Shown: piece by piece, positions 38,776 through 47,146 of the stretch | How positions within the stretch are numbered: the stretch's first letter is position 1 | Layout: each line of letters begins with the position of its first letter | From: a bacterium | GTDB taxonomy: Bacteria; Patescibacteriota; JABMPQ01; JAUVWW01 | NCBI GenBank assembly: GCA_030603885.1 | Contig: JAUVWW010000001.1 | Location: 135,242 to 199,241 of the forward strand | Direction of reading: 5' to 3' | DNA: 64,000 nt | Notes under the pieces: model-generated | The model's database searches: none | Seen by the model: only the letters and a program-made list of their open reading frames with translations | What the model was told of the DNA's origin: nothing | Made by a program: the position numbers and the translations under genes

Positions 38776-40296
38776 ATGATAGAGCCAAAATATTTTGTTC
38801 AAAGAATGGATGGGGTACTTTTGCTCTCTTTTCTTGCTTCTGAAGCAGAAGTGGTTAATGTTAAAAAAGATTTTGGCATGGGGAAGCCTTTCTGTCCTGG
38901 TGTTAATGCTCACAAGAGGATTAATTATTTTGGTTATGTTTGGAAGGACATACACAAACAAGCAGAATTTATTATTAGAAAAATAAAGAAAAATCCTCGT
39001 TTTTTATCTGATCTTCTTAGAATGTGGAAAGAGAGAGTAAAGAGATTAAGAAATTTTGAAGAAAGAATTTTAAAGACAAGTTTGAAAAATATTTCTGACA
39101 AAGAACTTGTAGCTATTTTTCAGCAGTTAATCAATCTTTATCAAGAAGAATATAGTCCAGCTCTTTTGTGTGATCCTTTTGGTCTCCATACAGAGAAAAT
39201 TATTACTGATAAGCTTAGAAAGATTGTAGAAAGGAGAGAAGAGCCAAGAAAATTTGCTAAATATTTAGAGATTTTAACTACACCTGCAAAAAGATCCTTT
39301 GCTAATGAAGAAGAACTCGATCTTTTAATACTAGCTCAGAAAATAAAGAGGAATAAAAAATTAGCAAGTATCTTGAAGAAAGATGTAAGAAAAGCAAAAA
39401 AAGGGTTAGTTAAACATCCTTACTTAGAAAAACTCATTAGGAAACATATGAAGAAATTTTTCTGGATTGAAAACAGTTATGCCCAGGGAATAAAATTAAA
39501 AGAAGGTTATTTCTTAAAAAAAATTAGAAGGTATTTAAAAGAGAGTATTAATCTCTCAAAGAAAATCAAAGAACTTAAAAATTTGTCTAAAAATTACAGA
39601 AGAAAAAAGAAAACCCTAATTAAAAAGCTTAATTTAGATAAAAAATTTAGAAAATTATTAGAATGGACAGAAGTTTTTGGCTATCTTCACGATGCTAGAA
39701 AAGGAGTGATGATGGAGGCACATTATTATATTACCTTACTGCTCAAAGAAATCGGTAGAAGACTTAGATTAACTCTTCAGGAAATGTACTATACCGATCA
39801 TCACAAGATTGAAGAAATGCTTCTTAAGAAAAAAATCAACAAAAAACTTCTTCGAGAGAGAATAAGAATGTGTACTTACCTAATTTGGCCAACAAAATAT
39901 AGAATTTTAACAGGCAGAAAAGCAGAGTGGTGGCACAAAGAACTTTTAGGAGAAAGAAAAATGGTTATTGGTGAAATCAAAGGAGTTAGTGCTTCAAGTG
40001 GGGTAACGGTAGGTAAAGCCAAAATAGTAAAAGATGTTAAAGATGGATATAAAATAAAGAAAGGAGATATTCTAGTTACTGGTATGACCCGTCCTCACTG
40101 GATGCCTTTTATTAGAAAAGCTAAAGCCCTAGTCACTGATGAAGGAGGAATCACCTGTCATGCGGCCATTGTAGCCAGAGAGCTTGGCATTCCTTGTATC
40201 ATTGCTACAAAAGTGGCTACCAAAATATTGAATGATGGATATTTAGTCGAAGTGAACACTAATCATAATAGAGTGAAGATTCTAAAGAGAGTTTAA
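38776..40296 (+). CDS. PEP-utilising-enzyme swivel-domain protein, array paralog 5
   Basis: C-terminal DEGGITCHAAIVARELGIPCIIATKVATKIL; N-domain homologous over its length to paralog 6. Confidence 0.75.
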   Translation: MIEPKYFVQRMDGVLLLSFLASEAEVVNVKKDFGMGKPFCPGVNAHKRINYFGYVWKDIHKQAEFIIRKIKKNPRFLSDLLRMWKERVKRLRNFEERILKTSLKNISDKELVAIFQQLINLYQEEYSPALLCDPFGLHTEKIITDKLRKIVERREEPRKFAKYLEILTTPAKRSFANEEELDLLILAQKIKRNKKLASILKKDVRKAKKGLVKHPYLEKLIRKHMKKFFWIENSYAQGIKLKEGYFLKKIRRYLKESINLSKKIKELKNLSKNYRRKKKTLIKKLNLDKKFRKLLEWTEVFGYLHDARKGVMMEAHYYITLLLKEIGRRLRLTLQEMYYTDHHKIEEMLLKKKINKKLLRERIRMCTYLIWPTKYRILTGRKAEWWHKELLGERKMVIGEIKGVSASSGVTVGKAKIVKDVKDGYKIKKGDILVTGMTRPHWMPFIRKAKALVTDEGGITCHAAIVARELGIPCIIATKVATKILNDGYLVEVNTNHNRVKILKRV

Positions 40297-40300
40297 AAAT

Positions 40301-41770
40301 ATGGCTAGACAAACAAAATATTTTGACCAAATGAGAGACGGTTTTCCATTTACTGCTATAACTTCTACTAGAGCTCAAATGGTTAATTTAAAAAGTGATA
40401 CAGGAATTTTTAAGCCGGAGTTTATTTGTATATTCAGAAATAAAACTATCCGCTTTATTTATCCTTGGGCCGAATTACACAAAATAGGTAAAGAGATAAA
40501 TGATCTTTTGTTAAAAAACCAAAAGCTTATAGACGAACTTATTCAGACTTGGCAAAGGAAATACCAGCTTTTAAATATATTTTGCCAAGACATAGATAGG
40601 TTAAATTTAAAAAACCTATCAGATAGGGGGCTGGTTAGCCTCTTAGACAACTTGCTGAACATTTTCCAAAATCAATTTAGCATTCCTTGTCTGGTAGAAT
40701 TTTTTAGTTTACATAATGAGCAAGTGATTATTAAAAAACTAATAAAGATATTAAATAAACGAAATGAACTTAAATTATTGCCTGATTATCTTACAACTTT
40801 AATCGTGCCAACCAAGTATTCCTTCAACAACGAAGAGGAACTAGATCTTTTAAAAATAGCTATAATGATAAAGCAAAAAAGAAATAAAAAATTAATTGAG
40901 GAAAGACTAAGACAACATGTAGATAATTACTTTTGGATTGAAAATAACTATGCTCAAGGAATAAAACTTAAAAAAAGCTATTTTGTAAAGAGAATAAATA
41001 GGCTAATTAAAAAGGATAACTTAAGAAAGAAATTAAAAAACATAAAAGACTTGTCTAATAAAAATAAACAAAGAAAAAGAAGATTAATCCGAAAACTAAG
41101 ATTAGATAAAAAGACTATTGAGCTGTTGAACTTAATAGATATTTTTACTTATATTCAGGACAGGCGTAAAGCATCTCAAATGAAAACCTTTTATTATCTT
41201 CAAGAAATGTTAAAAGAAATTGGAAGAAGATTAAAGTTGAGTCAAGAGGAAATGAATTATGCTGTTCATTACGAAATTCCAGAGATGTTACTAAAAAGAA
41301 AAGTAGATGGAAGGATGTTAAAAGAAAGAATGAAATATTGTATCTCTATAGAAACATATAGAAATGATAAATATAAATACAAGATTTTAACAGGGGGGAG
41401 AGCTAAAAAGTTTGAAGAGAAGTTATTTGGAAAAGAAGCTAAGAAAAAGATATCTGACCTACAAGGCATCTGTGCTTCTCAAGGTGTTGTGGTAGGCAAA
41501 GCGAAAATTATTAAGACAATAAAAGATTTCTCCAAGATAAGAATTGGTGACATATTAGTCACTTCTATGACTACTCCCGAGTTCGTTCCTATATTAAAGA
41601 AAGTTAAAGGTATAGTTACTGACGAAGGAGGAATTACTTGCCACGCTGCCATTATTTCTAGAGAATTAGCTATCCCTTGTGTAGTTGGCACTAATATTGC
41701 TACTAAAATTTTAAAAGACGAAGAACTGATAGAAATCCGAGCCCATCATGGAATCGTAAAAAGGATTTAA
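40301..41770 (+). CDS. PEP-utilising-enzyme swivel-domain protein, array paralog 6
   Basis: C-terminal DEGGITCHAAIISRELAIPCVVGTNIATKIL; YFWIENNYAQGIKLKK motif shared with paralog 5. Confidence 0.75.
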   Translation: MARQTKYFDQMRDGFPFTAITSTRAQMVNLKSDTGIFKPEFICIFRNKTIRFIYPWAELHKIGKEINDLLLKNQKLIDELIQTWQRKYQLLNIFCQDIDRLNLKNLSDRGLVSLLDNLLNIFQNQFSIPCLVEFFSLHNEQVIIKKLIKILNKRNELKLLPDYLTTLIVPTKYSFNNEEELDLLKIAIMIKQKRNKKLIEERLRQHVDNYFWIENNYAQGIKLKKSYFVKRINRLIKKDNLRKKLKNIKDLSNKNKQRKRRLIRKLRLDKKTIELLNLIDIFTYIQDRRKASQMKTFYYLQEMLKEIGRRLKLSQEEMNYAVHYEIPEMLLKRKVDGRMLKERMKYCISIETYRNDKYKYKILTGGRAKKFEEKLFGKEAKKKISDLQGICASQGVVVGKAKIIKTIKDFSKIRIGDILVTSMTTPEFVPILKKVKGIVTDEGGITCHAAIISRELAIPCVVGTNIATKILKDEELIEIRAHHGIVKRI

Positions 41771-41872
41771 TTATCTTAAACTTCATACTAAAAAGGGTAT
41801 TCCAGATAATTCCTCAGACATGAGTCGCAAAAGAAGTTTTAAGATGATAAGATATAATTGATAATTAAATAA

Positions 41873-43405
41873 TTGTTAACCAAAAAATATATGCCAGCAG
41901 CAGTAACAAGATCAGGCCCATGGAGAATAAAGCCATCAGGTAAATTACCTATCTTTTTAAGGTTCATGATCAACTCGAGTTTTGATCACAAAATCGCCAA
42001 TAAAGTAGGTTTTAAACATCATATTGTTAATCGGGTTTATCTTAATCATATGATTTACTGGCCAGCTAAAGAATATGATCTATTTGAAAAGGAGATTATT
42101 AATAATGCCAAAAATAAAAAGGGCTGGTTTGAAAACCTCTGCAAAAGAGAGCTTAGAAAATGTGAGAAATTGTATAAATTAGGTCTAGAACTAAAAAGAA
42201 TGGATTGGTCTAAGAAATCTAACCAGTATATGAAAGAGGTATTAACTAGTTTATTAGAGAAATACAGGTATGTTGCTTGCCCGTGGTATACCCAATATCC
42301 TTTAGATGAATATTTTGAAAGTACGATAGAAGAACAACTTGTTAAACATATACCGGCTAGCCACCCAGATTTCAGAAAATTTGTCTTAATTTTTACTGAT
42401 CCAAAAGAAATGACCGAGGTTAGTGAGGAAAAATGGAAGTTAATGAAAATAGCTAAAGAATTTAAGAAAAGAGGGGAGAAATTATCTAAATTATCCAAAT
42501 GGGCAAAAGAGAAAATAGAACGTCATTTAGATAAATTTGCCTATATTAATAGGGGACTGGCTACTAGTAAGCCATACACATTCAAGGACATGGTTGATCG
42601 AATCAGAGAGGCTTGGAAAGATAAAAAAGGATTAAATACACTAATTTATGATAGCTCACCTAAAAAAATAGAAGAAGATTATAAATGGGCTCTAGAAAAG
42701 ATCAAACCAAAACCAAAATTTAAAAAAATTATCACTCAAGCTAGATTACACTCCTACACTAGAAATCGTCGCGTAGAAGCCTTTTTTATGGCAGATTATG
42801 GAGCTAGTTTCATGTATCACGAGATTGCTAAAAGAGCTCACTTTAACCCAAACTGGATTATGGAAGTTTCTGTCCCAGAAATGTTTGGTGCTTTGGAAAA
42901 TAAACCTTTGCCTGATAAAAGGGAAATGCAGAGAAGATTTAAAAACTATGCTATGATTGTTCGCAATGCCAAGACCAAGATGATTGTTGATCCAAAAGAA
43001 ATCAAGAAGTTAGAAAAGAGATATTATGTCAAAGTTAGCAAGGTTAGAGAGATCCATGGAAGAATGGCTTGTCTAGGAGGTATTATTAAAGGTAAAGCAA
43101 GGGTGTGTTTAGATAAAAAAGAGATTGGTAAGGTTAAAAGAGGTGACATTTTGATAGCACAGTTTACTACACCAGACTTTGTACCAGCCATGGAAAAAGC
43201 AGCTGCTATTGTTGCTGATCAAGGTGGTCTGTCATCCCATGCTGCCATTGTTTCCCGAGAGCTGGGCGTACCCTGTGTAATTGCCACAGAAAATGCTACC
43301 CGAGTAATCAAGGATAATGATTTGTTAGAGGTCGATGCTCGAAAAGGAGTAGTTAAAATTTTAAGAAGAGTAAAAAGGAGGAAAAACTATGAGAAAATTT
43401 GTTAA
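41873..43405 (+). CDS. PEP-utilising-enzyme swivel-domain protein, array paralog 7 (most divergent N-domain)
   Basis: C-terminal DQGGLSSHAAIVSRELGVPCVIAT (Ser-Ser-His variant closest to the canonical TSHAAI of PpsA/EI). Confidence 0.7.
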   Translation: MLTKKYMPAAVTRSGPWRIKPSGKLPIFLRFMINSSFDHKIANKVGFKHHIVNRVYLNHMIYWPAKEYDLFEKEIINNAKNKKGWFENLCKRELRKCEKLYKLGLELKRMDWSKKSNQYMKEVLTSLLEKYRYVACPWYTQYPLDEYFESTIEEQLVKHIPASHPDFRKFVLIFTDPKEMTEVSEEKWKLMKIAKEFKKRGEKLSKLSKWAKEKIERHLDKFAYINRGLATSKPYTFKDMVDRIREAWKDKKGLNTLIYDSSPKKIEEDYKWALEKIKPKPKFKKIITQARLHSYTRNRRVEAFFMADYGASFMYHEIAKRAHFNPNWIMEVSVPEMFGALENKPLPDKREMQRRFKNYAMIVRNAKTKMIVDPKEIKKLEKRYYVKVSKVREIHGRMACLGGIIKGKARVCLDKKEIGKVKRGDILIAQFTTPDFVPAMEKAAAIVADQGGLSSHAAIVSRELGVPCVIATENATRVIKDNDLLEVDARKGVVKILRRVKRRKNYEKIC

Positions 43406-44414
43406 AAGTGAAGAGATAACGCCCGAAATAAGAGAACAAAGAAAGCCGCGATTGGAACTTTGGATTACTCGTCATGCTAATCGGGCCCCAACAGGCGAGT
43501 TGACGCCAGAAGGAATAGCTACTGTAAGAGCTAAAGGGGAAAAGGTTGATGCTGAAGTTCTAAAAGGATATTCTAGTTTTGAGAAGAGTGATCGGACCTA
43601 TAAAACTCTTCAAAAAATTAGTAAAGAAAGCAAAATTAAGTCTCCATCAACAGAGGGTTTATATCAAACTCGACGGAGAGTAGGTCTCTATTATGATGTA
43701 GTCGGTCCCTTGCAATCGCGAATCAAAGCTCAGACTAAATTGATTAATGAGATGGTGAAAAAAGATTACCCCGATTATGACCCTGAGTCTAAGGATCCAA
43801 AATGGGCTAAAATCCGTGAAAGATATCAGCCCATTGGCATTCGTAATGTAATAGCTGATAAGGAAATATCTCATGTATTAGCTATGGGCGCAGCCTATCA
43901 ATTTTTCAAAATGGCAGAGATTGGTGAGAGATATATTGCTCGGCGAAAAAGTGCTCTTAAAAGAGGTGAAAAAGGTGCTAGACCAATAGAGAAAGATATT
44001 ATTTTAAATGAGGGAACGCACGGTGGTTTTATTGATTTAATGCTTAAGAAAACTATGATTAGGGTTAAGCCAGATGGAAACGAAAAGATAGGTTTTGACC
44101 TCAGCCGGGATAAAAAGGGTCTGATTGTCTTCGAGAAAGTAATGGGAGATGTGATAAGACCAACAGAGTCTATTAAGACAGGCTATCCAGTGGGTGAAAA
44201 GTTACCAGAGAGATTACCTATTTCTTTTGAGCAGGATCGTTTTAAAGAAGAGAAGTGCTATATAAGTATACCTAGAGTTAAATTATTAGCAGAACAATTT
44301 AGAGCTTATCTTGAACAGTTAGGAAAATGGAATAAAGGAGAAATAGACGAAAAAGAACTCGTTTTAGTAATCAATAGATTAAGAGAAGAGTTCGAGAAAG
44401 AGAAGAAATCGTAA
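43389..44414 (+). CDS. histidine phosphatase superfamily protein (histidine-acid-phosphatase-like RHxxRxP motif)
   Basis: ITRHANRAPTGELTPEG matches the RHGxRxP catalytic motif of branch-2 histidine phosphatases (compare AppA SRHGVRAPT); start overlaps the end of paralog 7 by 17 nt. Confidence 0.5.
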   Translation: MRKFVKSEEITPEIREQRKPRLELWITRHANRAPTGELTPEGIATVRAKGEKVDAEVLKGYSSFEKSDRTYKTLQKISKESKIKSPSTEGLYQTRRRVGLYYDVVGPLQSRIKAQTKLINEMVKKDYPDYDPESKDPKWAKIRERYQPIGIRNVIADKEISHVLAMGAAYQFFKMAEIGERYIARRKSALKRGEKGARPIEKDIILNEGTHGGFIDLMLKKTMIRVKPDGNEKIGFDLSRDKKGLIVFEKVMGDVIRPTESIKTGYPVGEKLPERLPISFEQDRFKEEKCYISIPRVKLLAEQFRAYLEQLGKWNKGEIDEKELVLVINRLREEFEKEKKS

Positions 44415-44480
44415 TTTAATAGAAATATATCTAAAGAGGGAGGTTTTACTTGCCATTGTTGTAGGAATTAAAAATAAAAA

Positions 44481-44515
44481 CAGCCAAAATTCGGATAAAC
44501 CATGGCTGTTTTTTT
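44481..44515 (+). terminator. candidate rho-independent terminator (CAGCCA...TGGCTG stem followed by TTTTTTT)
   Basis: 6-bp perfect inverted repeat with long loop followed by a 7-T run, downstream of the 43389..44414 gene. Confidence 0.45.
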
Positions 44516-44561
44516 AATATAATTTATCTAAAAGCAGTCTGTCAAACAGTCTGCCTTAATT

Positions 44562-44590
44562 TTGTCCAAAACTTTAAAAAATGCTATTAT
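44562..44590 (+). promoter_or_regulatory. candidate sigma70 promoter for apt (TTGTCC -35, 17-nt spacer, TGcTATTAT extended -10)
   Basis: Hexamers read from sequence, 28 nt upstream of apt ATG. Confidence 0.35.
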
Positions 44591-44618
44591 GCTAGCACAG
44601 AGACATAAAGTTTAGTTC

Positions 44619-45137
44619 ATGACATACAATCTAAAATCTAAAATTCGCTCTATCCTTGATTGGCCTAAAAAAGGTATTGTTTTTCGAGATATCACACCTG
44701 TCTTGGAAAATGCAAAATTGTTTCGATATCTGATTGATCAGATGGGTAAGCCTTACATTAAAAAGAAAATTGATATGGTAGTAGGTATTGATGCTCGTGG
44801 TTTTATTTTAGCCGCAGCCTTGGCTTACAAATTAAAAACAGGCCTGGGCATAGTGCGTAAAAGTGGTAAATTACCTCATAAAACTATAAAGAAAAAGTAC
44901 TCTTTAGAATATGCTTCTAATGTTTTGGAAATGCATCACGATACTATTAAACCTGGACAGAAGGTTTTGTTAGTTGATGATTTATTAGCTACAGGAGGAA
45001 CAATGAAAGCTACGGTTGATCTGGTCAAGAAATTAGGTGGAAAAGTGGTTGGAATCGACTTCTTTATCGAGCTAAAAGACCTAAAAGGAAGAAAAAAGCT
45101 AAAAGGATACCCTGTGAAATCACTTATTAATTTTTAA
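44619..45137 (+). CDS. apt: adenine phosphoribosyltransferase
   Basis: PRPP-binding motif VLLVDDLLATGGT; 172 aa. Confidence 0.85.
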   Translation: MTYNLKSKIRSILDWPKKGIVFRDITPVLENAKLFRYLIDQMGKPYIKKKIDMVVGIDARGFILAAALAYKLKTGLGIVRKSGKLPHKTIKKKYSLEYASNVLEMHHDTIKPGQKVLLVDDLLATGGTMKATVDLVKKLGGKVVGIDFFIELKDLKGRKKLKGYPVKSLINF

Positions 45138-45151
45138 AGAAGGTAATAAAT

Positions 45152-46087
45152 ATGTATATTCTTCCCTTTGAAAAAATTTCAAAAAAAGATGTAGATATAG
45201 CCGGAGGAAAAGGAGCCTCTTTGGGAGAGATGACCAAGGCTAAAATACTTGTTCCCCCTGGCTTTATAGTTTTAGCCTCTGCTTTTGACAGGTTTCTTGA
45301 AGAAACAGATATTAATCTAGAAGTAAAGGCCCAGCTTAAAAAGGTTGATCCTAAAAAAACAACCACAGTAGACGATGCTTCCGAGGTGCTAAGACAGCTA
45401 ATCAATAGGTATAGCATGCCTAAAGATATAGAAAAGGCTGTTTTAGAGGCTTATGACAAGCTTAGAGCCAAATACGTGGCTGTGAGGAGCTCTGCTACAG
45501 CCGAAGACTCTAAAATAGCCTCTTGGGCAGGGGAGTTGGAGTCGTATTTAGGTATTACTAAAAAAGACCTTATCAATAAAGTTCAAAAATGTTGGTCTTC
45601 TTTATTTACCCCTCGAGCTATTTTTTATCGAATAGAAAAAGGACTGGATGGAAAAGAAGTTTCTGTAGCTGTGGTAGTCCAAAAAATGGTTGAGGCAGAG
45701 ACAGCTGGAGTAGTTTTTACAGCTCATCCTGTCACCAAGGACAAAAATCAAATGGTCATTGAGGCTTCTTATGGCCTAGGGGAGTCTGTAGTAGCAGGAA
45801 AAGTCACTCCCGATACTTATGTGCTAGATAAAAAAGATGAGACTATAATAGATATCAATATTAATGTTCAGACTACTCAAATCAAGAGAGTAGGGACCAA
45901 AACAAAAACTATACCTATTCCCAAGAAACTCCAAGACAAACAAGTTTTATTTGGAAAACAAATCATTAAACTAGCTAAAATTTGTAAAAAAATAGAAAAA
46001 CATTATAGCTTTCCTTGTGATATAGAGTGGGCGATAGAGAAGAATAAGATATACATCGTTCAGAGCCGACCCATCACTACCTTATAA
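45152..46087 (+). CDS. standalone PPDK_N / PEP-synthase-type ATP-grasp nucleotide-binding domain protein
   Basis: N-terminal ILPFEKISKKDVDIAGGKGASLGEM matches the PpsA/PPDK N-terminal nucleotide-binding domain; ends ..IVQSRPITTL at the canonical domain boundary; no His domain or PEP/pyruvate TIM barrel in this gene. Confidence 0.8.
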   Translation: MYILPFEKISKKDVDIAGGKGASLGEMTKAKILVPPGFIVLASAFDRFLEETDINLEVKAQLKKVDPKKTTTVDDASEVLRQLINRYSMPKDIEKAVLEAYDKLRAKYVAVRSSATAEDSKIASWAGELESYLGITKKDLINKVQKCWSSLFTPRAIFYRIEKGLDGKEVSVAVVVQKMVEAETAGVVFTAHPVTKDKNQMVIEASYGLGESVVAGKVTPDTYVLDKKDETIIDININVQTTQIKRVGTKTKTIPIPKKLQDKQVLFGKQIIKLAKICKKIEKHYSFPCDIEWAIEKNKIYIVQSRPITTL

Positions 46088-46093
46088 ATTTAT

Positions 46094-47146
46094 ATGGAGA
46101 AATTATTCAGTATATCAATAATTGATTTTAGTCTAATAATACTAGAATCATGGGATACTGGTTATTTTAACGAGATGAGGAGGCAACTTAATTTTGGATT
46201 CCCTCGTGTTTTCTTTTTTAGGACAAAGGCTGGTGTAAATATAATGCGTCCCGAGAAAGACCAGAGATCTTTTGAAAAATACATTCTCAGGGAAATTAAA
46301 AGCGATCCCAAATATTTATCTATCCGCTTGAAAAAAATTTTCAGGTATCTTGACGAGCTAAATAAGTCAAAAAAGAAAAAACTCAAAAAGGCAAGTAGTA
46401 AAGACCTATGGAATTGTGCTCAAAAAACATTCAAAATAATATATAAAATTCTACCAATGTATGTTGTGGTCTACTGGTTACTAAGTAGATCATATTTAAG
46501 AGAGTATGTGGATTATAAAGAAATGGAAAAAGCAAGAGTTAGAAGCGAGGGTTATTATGATATAGGAGATAAAATATTTAAAAAGATTTTTAAGAGTGCT
46601 ATAGCTGGCAGAAAGCAACTTTTAAATTATTTTAAAGTGATAAAGTTTGAAGAATTAAAAAAACTTTTGCTTAAAAAACAATTTCCTAAATTATCTGAAT
46701 TACGCAAGAGAAAAATAAATTATTTTCTGTTTAAAAACAATTTTTTATCTGGAAAACTAGAGCTAGATCGAACTCTAAAACGTTATGGTTTCAAATATCA
46801 ATCACCTAAACCAACTCTGGAAGATAGTGTGATCTATGGTCAGACTGCTACAAGAGGTAAGGCTAAAGGACATGTTAAAGTGATTTTAGGTAAAGATGAA
46901 CTCAAAAAAATCCGTAAAGGTGATGTGCTAGTAACTGCAACGACCTCTCCAGATTTTATCCCAGCCATGAAAATTTCAGCTGCTATAGTTACTGACTATG
47001 GTGGAATAGTGTGTCATGCTGCTATTGTTTCTCGAGAACTAAGAGTCCCTTGTATAATAGGCACTAAAATCGCTACCAAAGTTCTAAAAGACGGAGATAG
47101 GGTAGAGGTGGATGCCACAAAAGGAATAGTTAAAAAGATAAAATGA
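46094..47146 (+). CDS. PEP-utilising-enzyme swivel-domain protein, array paralog 8 (short N-domain), adjacent partner of the ATP-grasp gene
   Basis: C-terminal DYGGIVCHAAIVSRELRVPCIIGTKIATKVLKDGDRVEVDATKGIVKKIK; starts 6 nt after the ATP-grasp stop. Confidence 0.75.
   Translation: MEKLFSISIIDFSLIILESWDTGYFNEMRRQLNFGFPRVFFFRTKAGVNIMRPEKDQRSFEKYILREIKSDPKYLSIRLKKIFRYLDELNKSKKKKLKKASSKDLWNCAQKTFKIIYKILPMYVVVYWLLSRSYLREYVDYKEMEKARVRSEGYYDIGDKIFKKIFKSAIAGRKQLLNYFKVIKFEELKKLLLKKQFPKLSELRKRKINYFLFKNNFLSGKLELDRTLKRYGFKYQSPKPTLEDSVIYGQTATRGKAKGHVKVILGKDELKKIRKGDVLVTATTSPDFIPAMKISAAIVTDYGGIVCHAAIVSRELRVPCIIGTKIATKVLKDGDRVEVDATKGIVKKIK

Noticed and set aside
38758-38986. Overlapping small ORFs (38758..38961 minus, 38795..38986 plus) at the start of array paralog 5
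   Set aside because: Both overlap the 5' region of the 506-aa paralog in other frames and are AT-rich and low-complexity. They are treated as artefacts.
44531-44557. Repeat cagtctg...cagtctg upstream of apt considered as a palindromic operator
   Set aside because: It is a 7-nt direct repeat, not an inverted repeat, and too short to interpret.
32189-47146. Annotating the array members as phosphoenolpyruvate synthase or pyruvate phosphate dikinase
   Set aside because: None of the genes contains the C-terminal PEP/pyruvate-binding TIM-barrel domain, and only one ATP-grasp domain exists for eight His domains. The domain content fits an RPH-like phosphotransferase family, not PpsA or PPDK.
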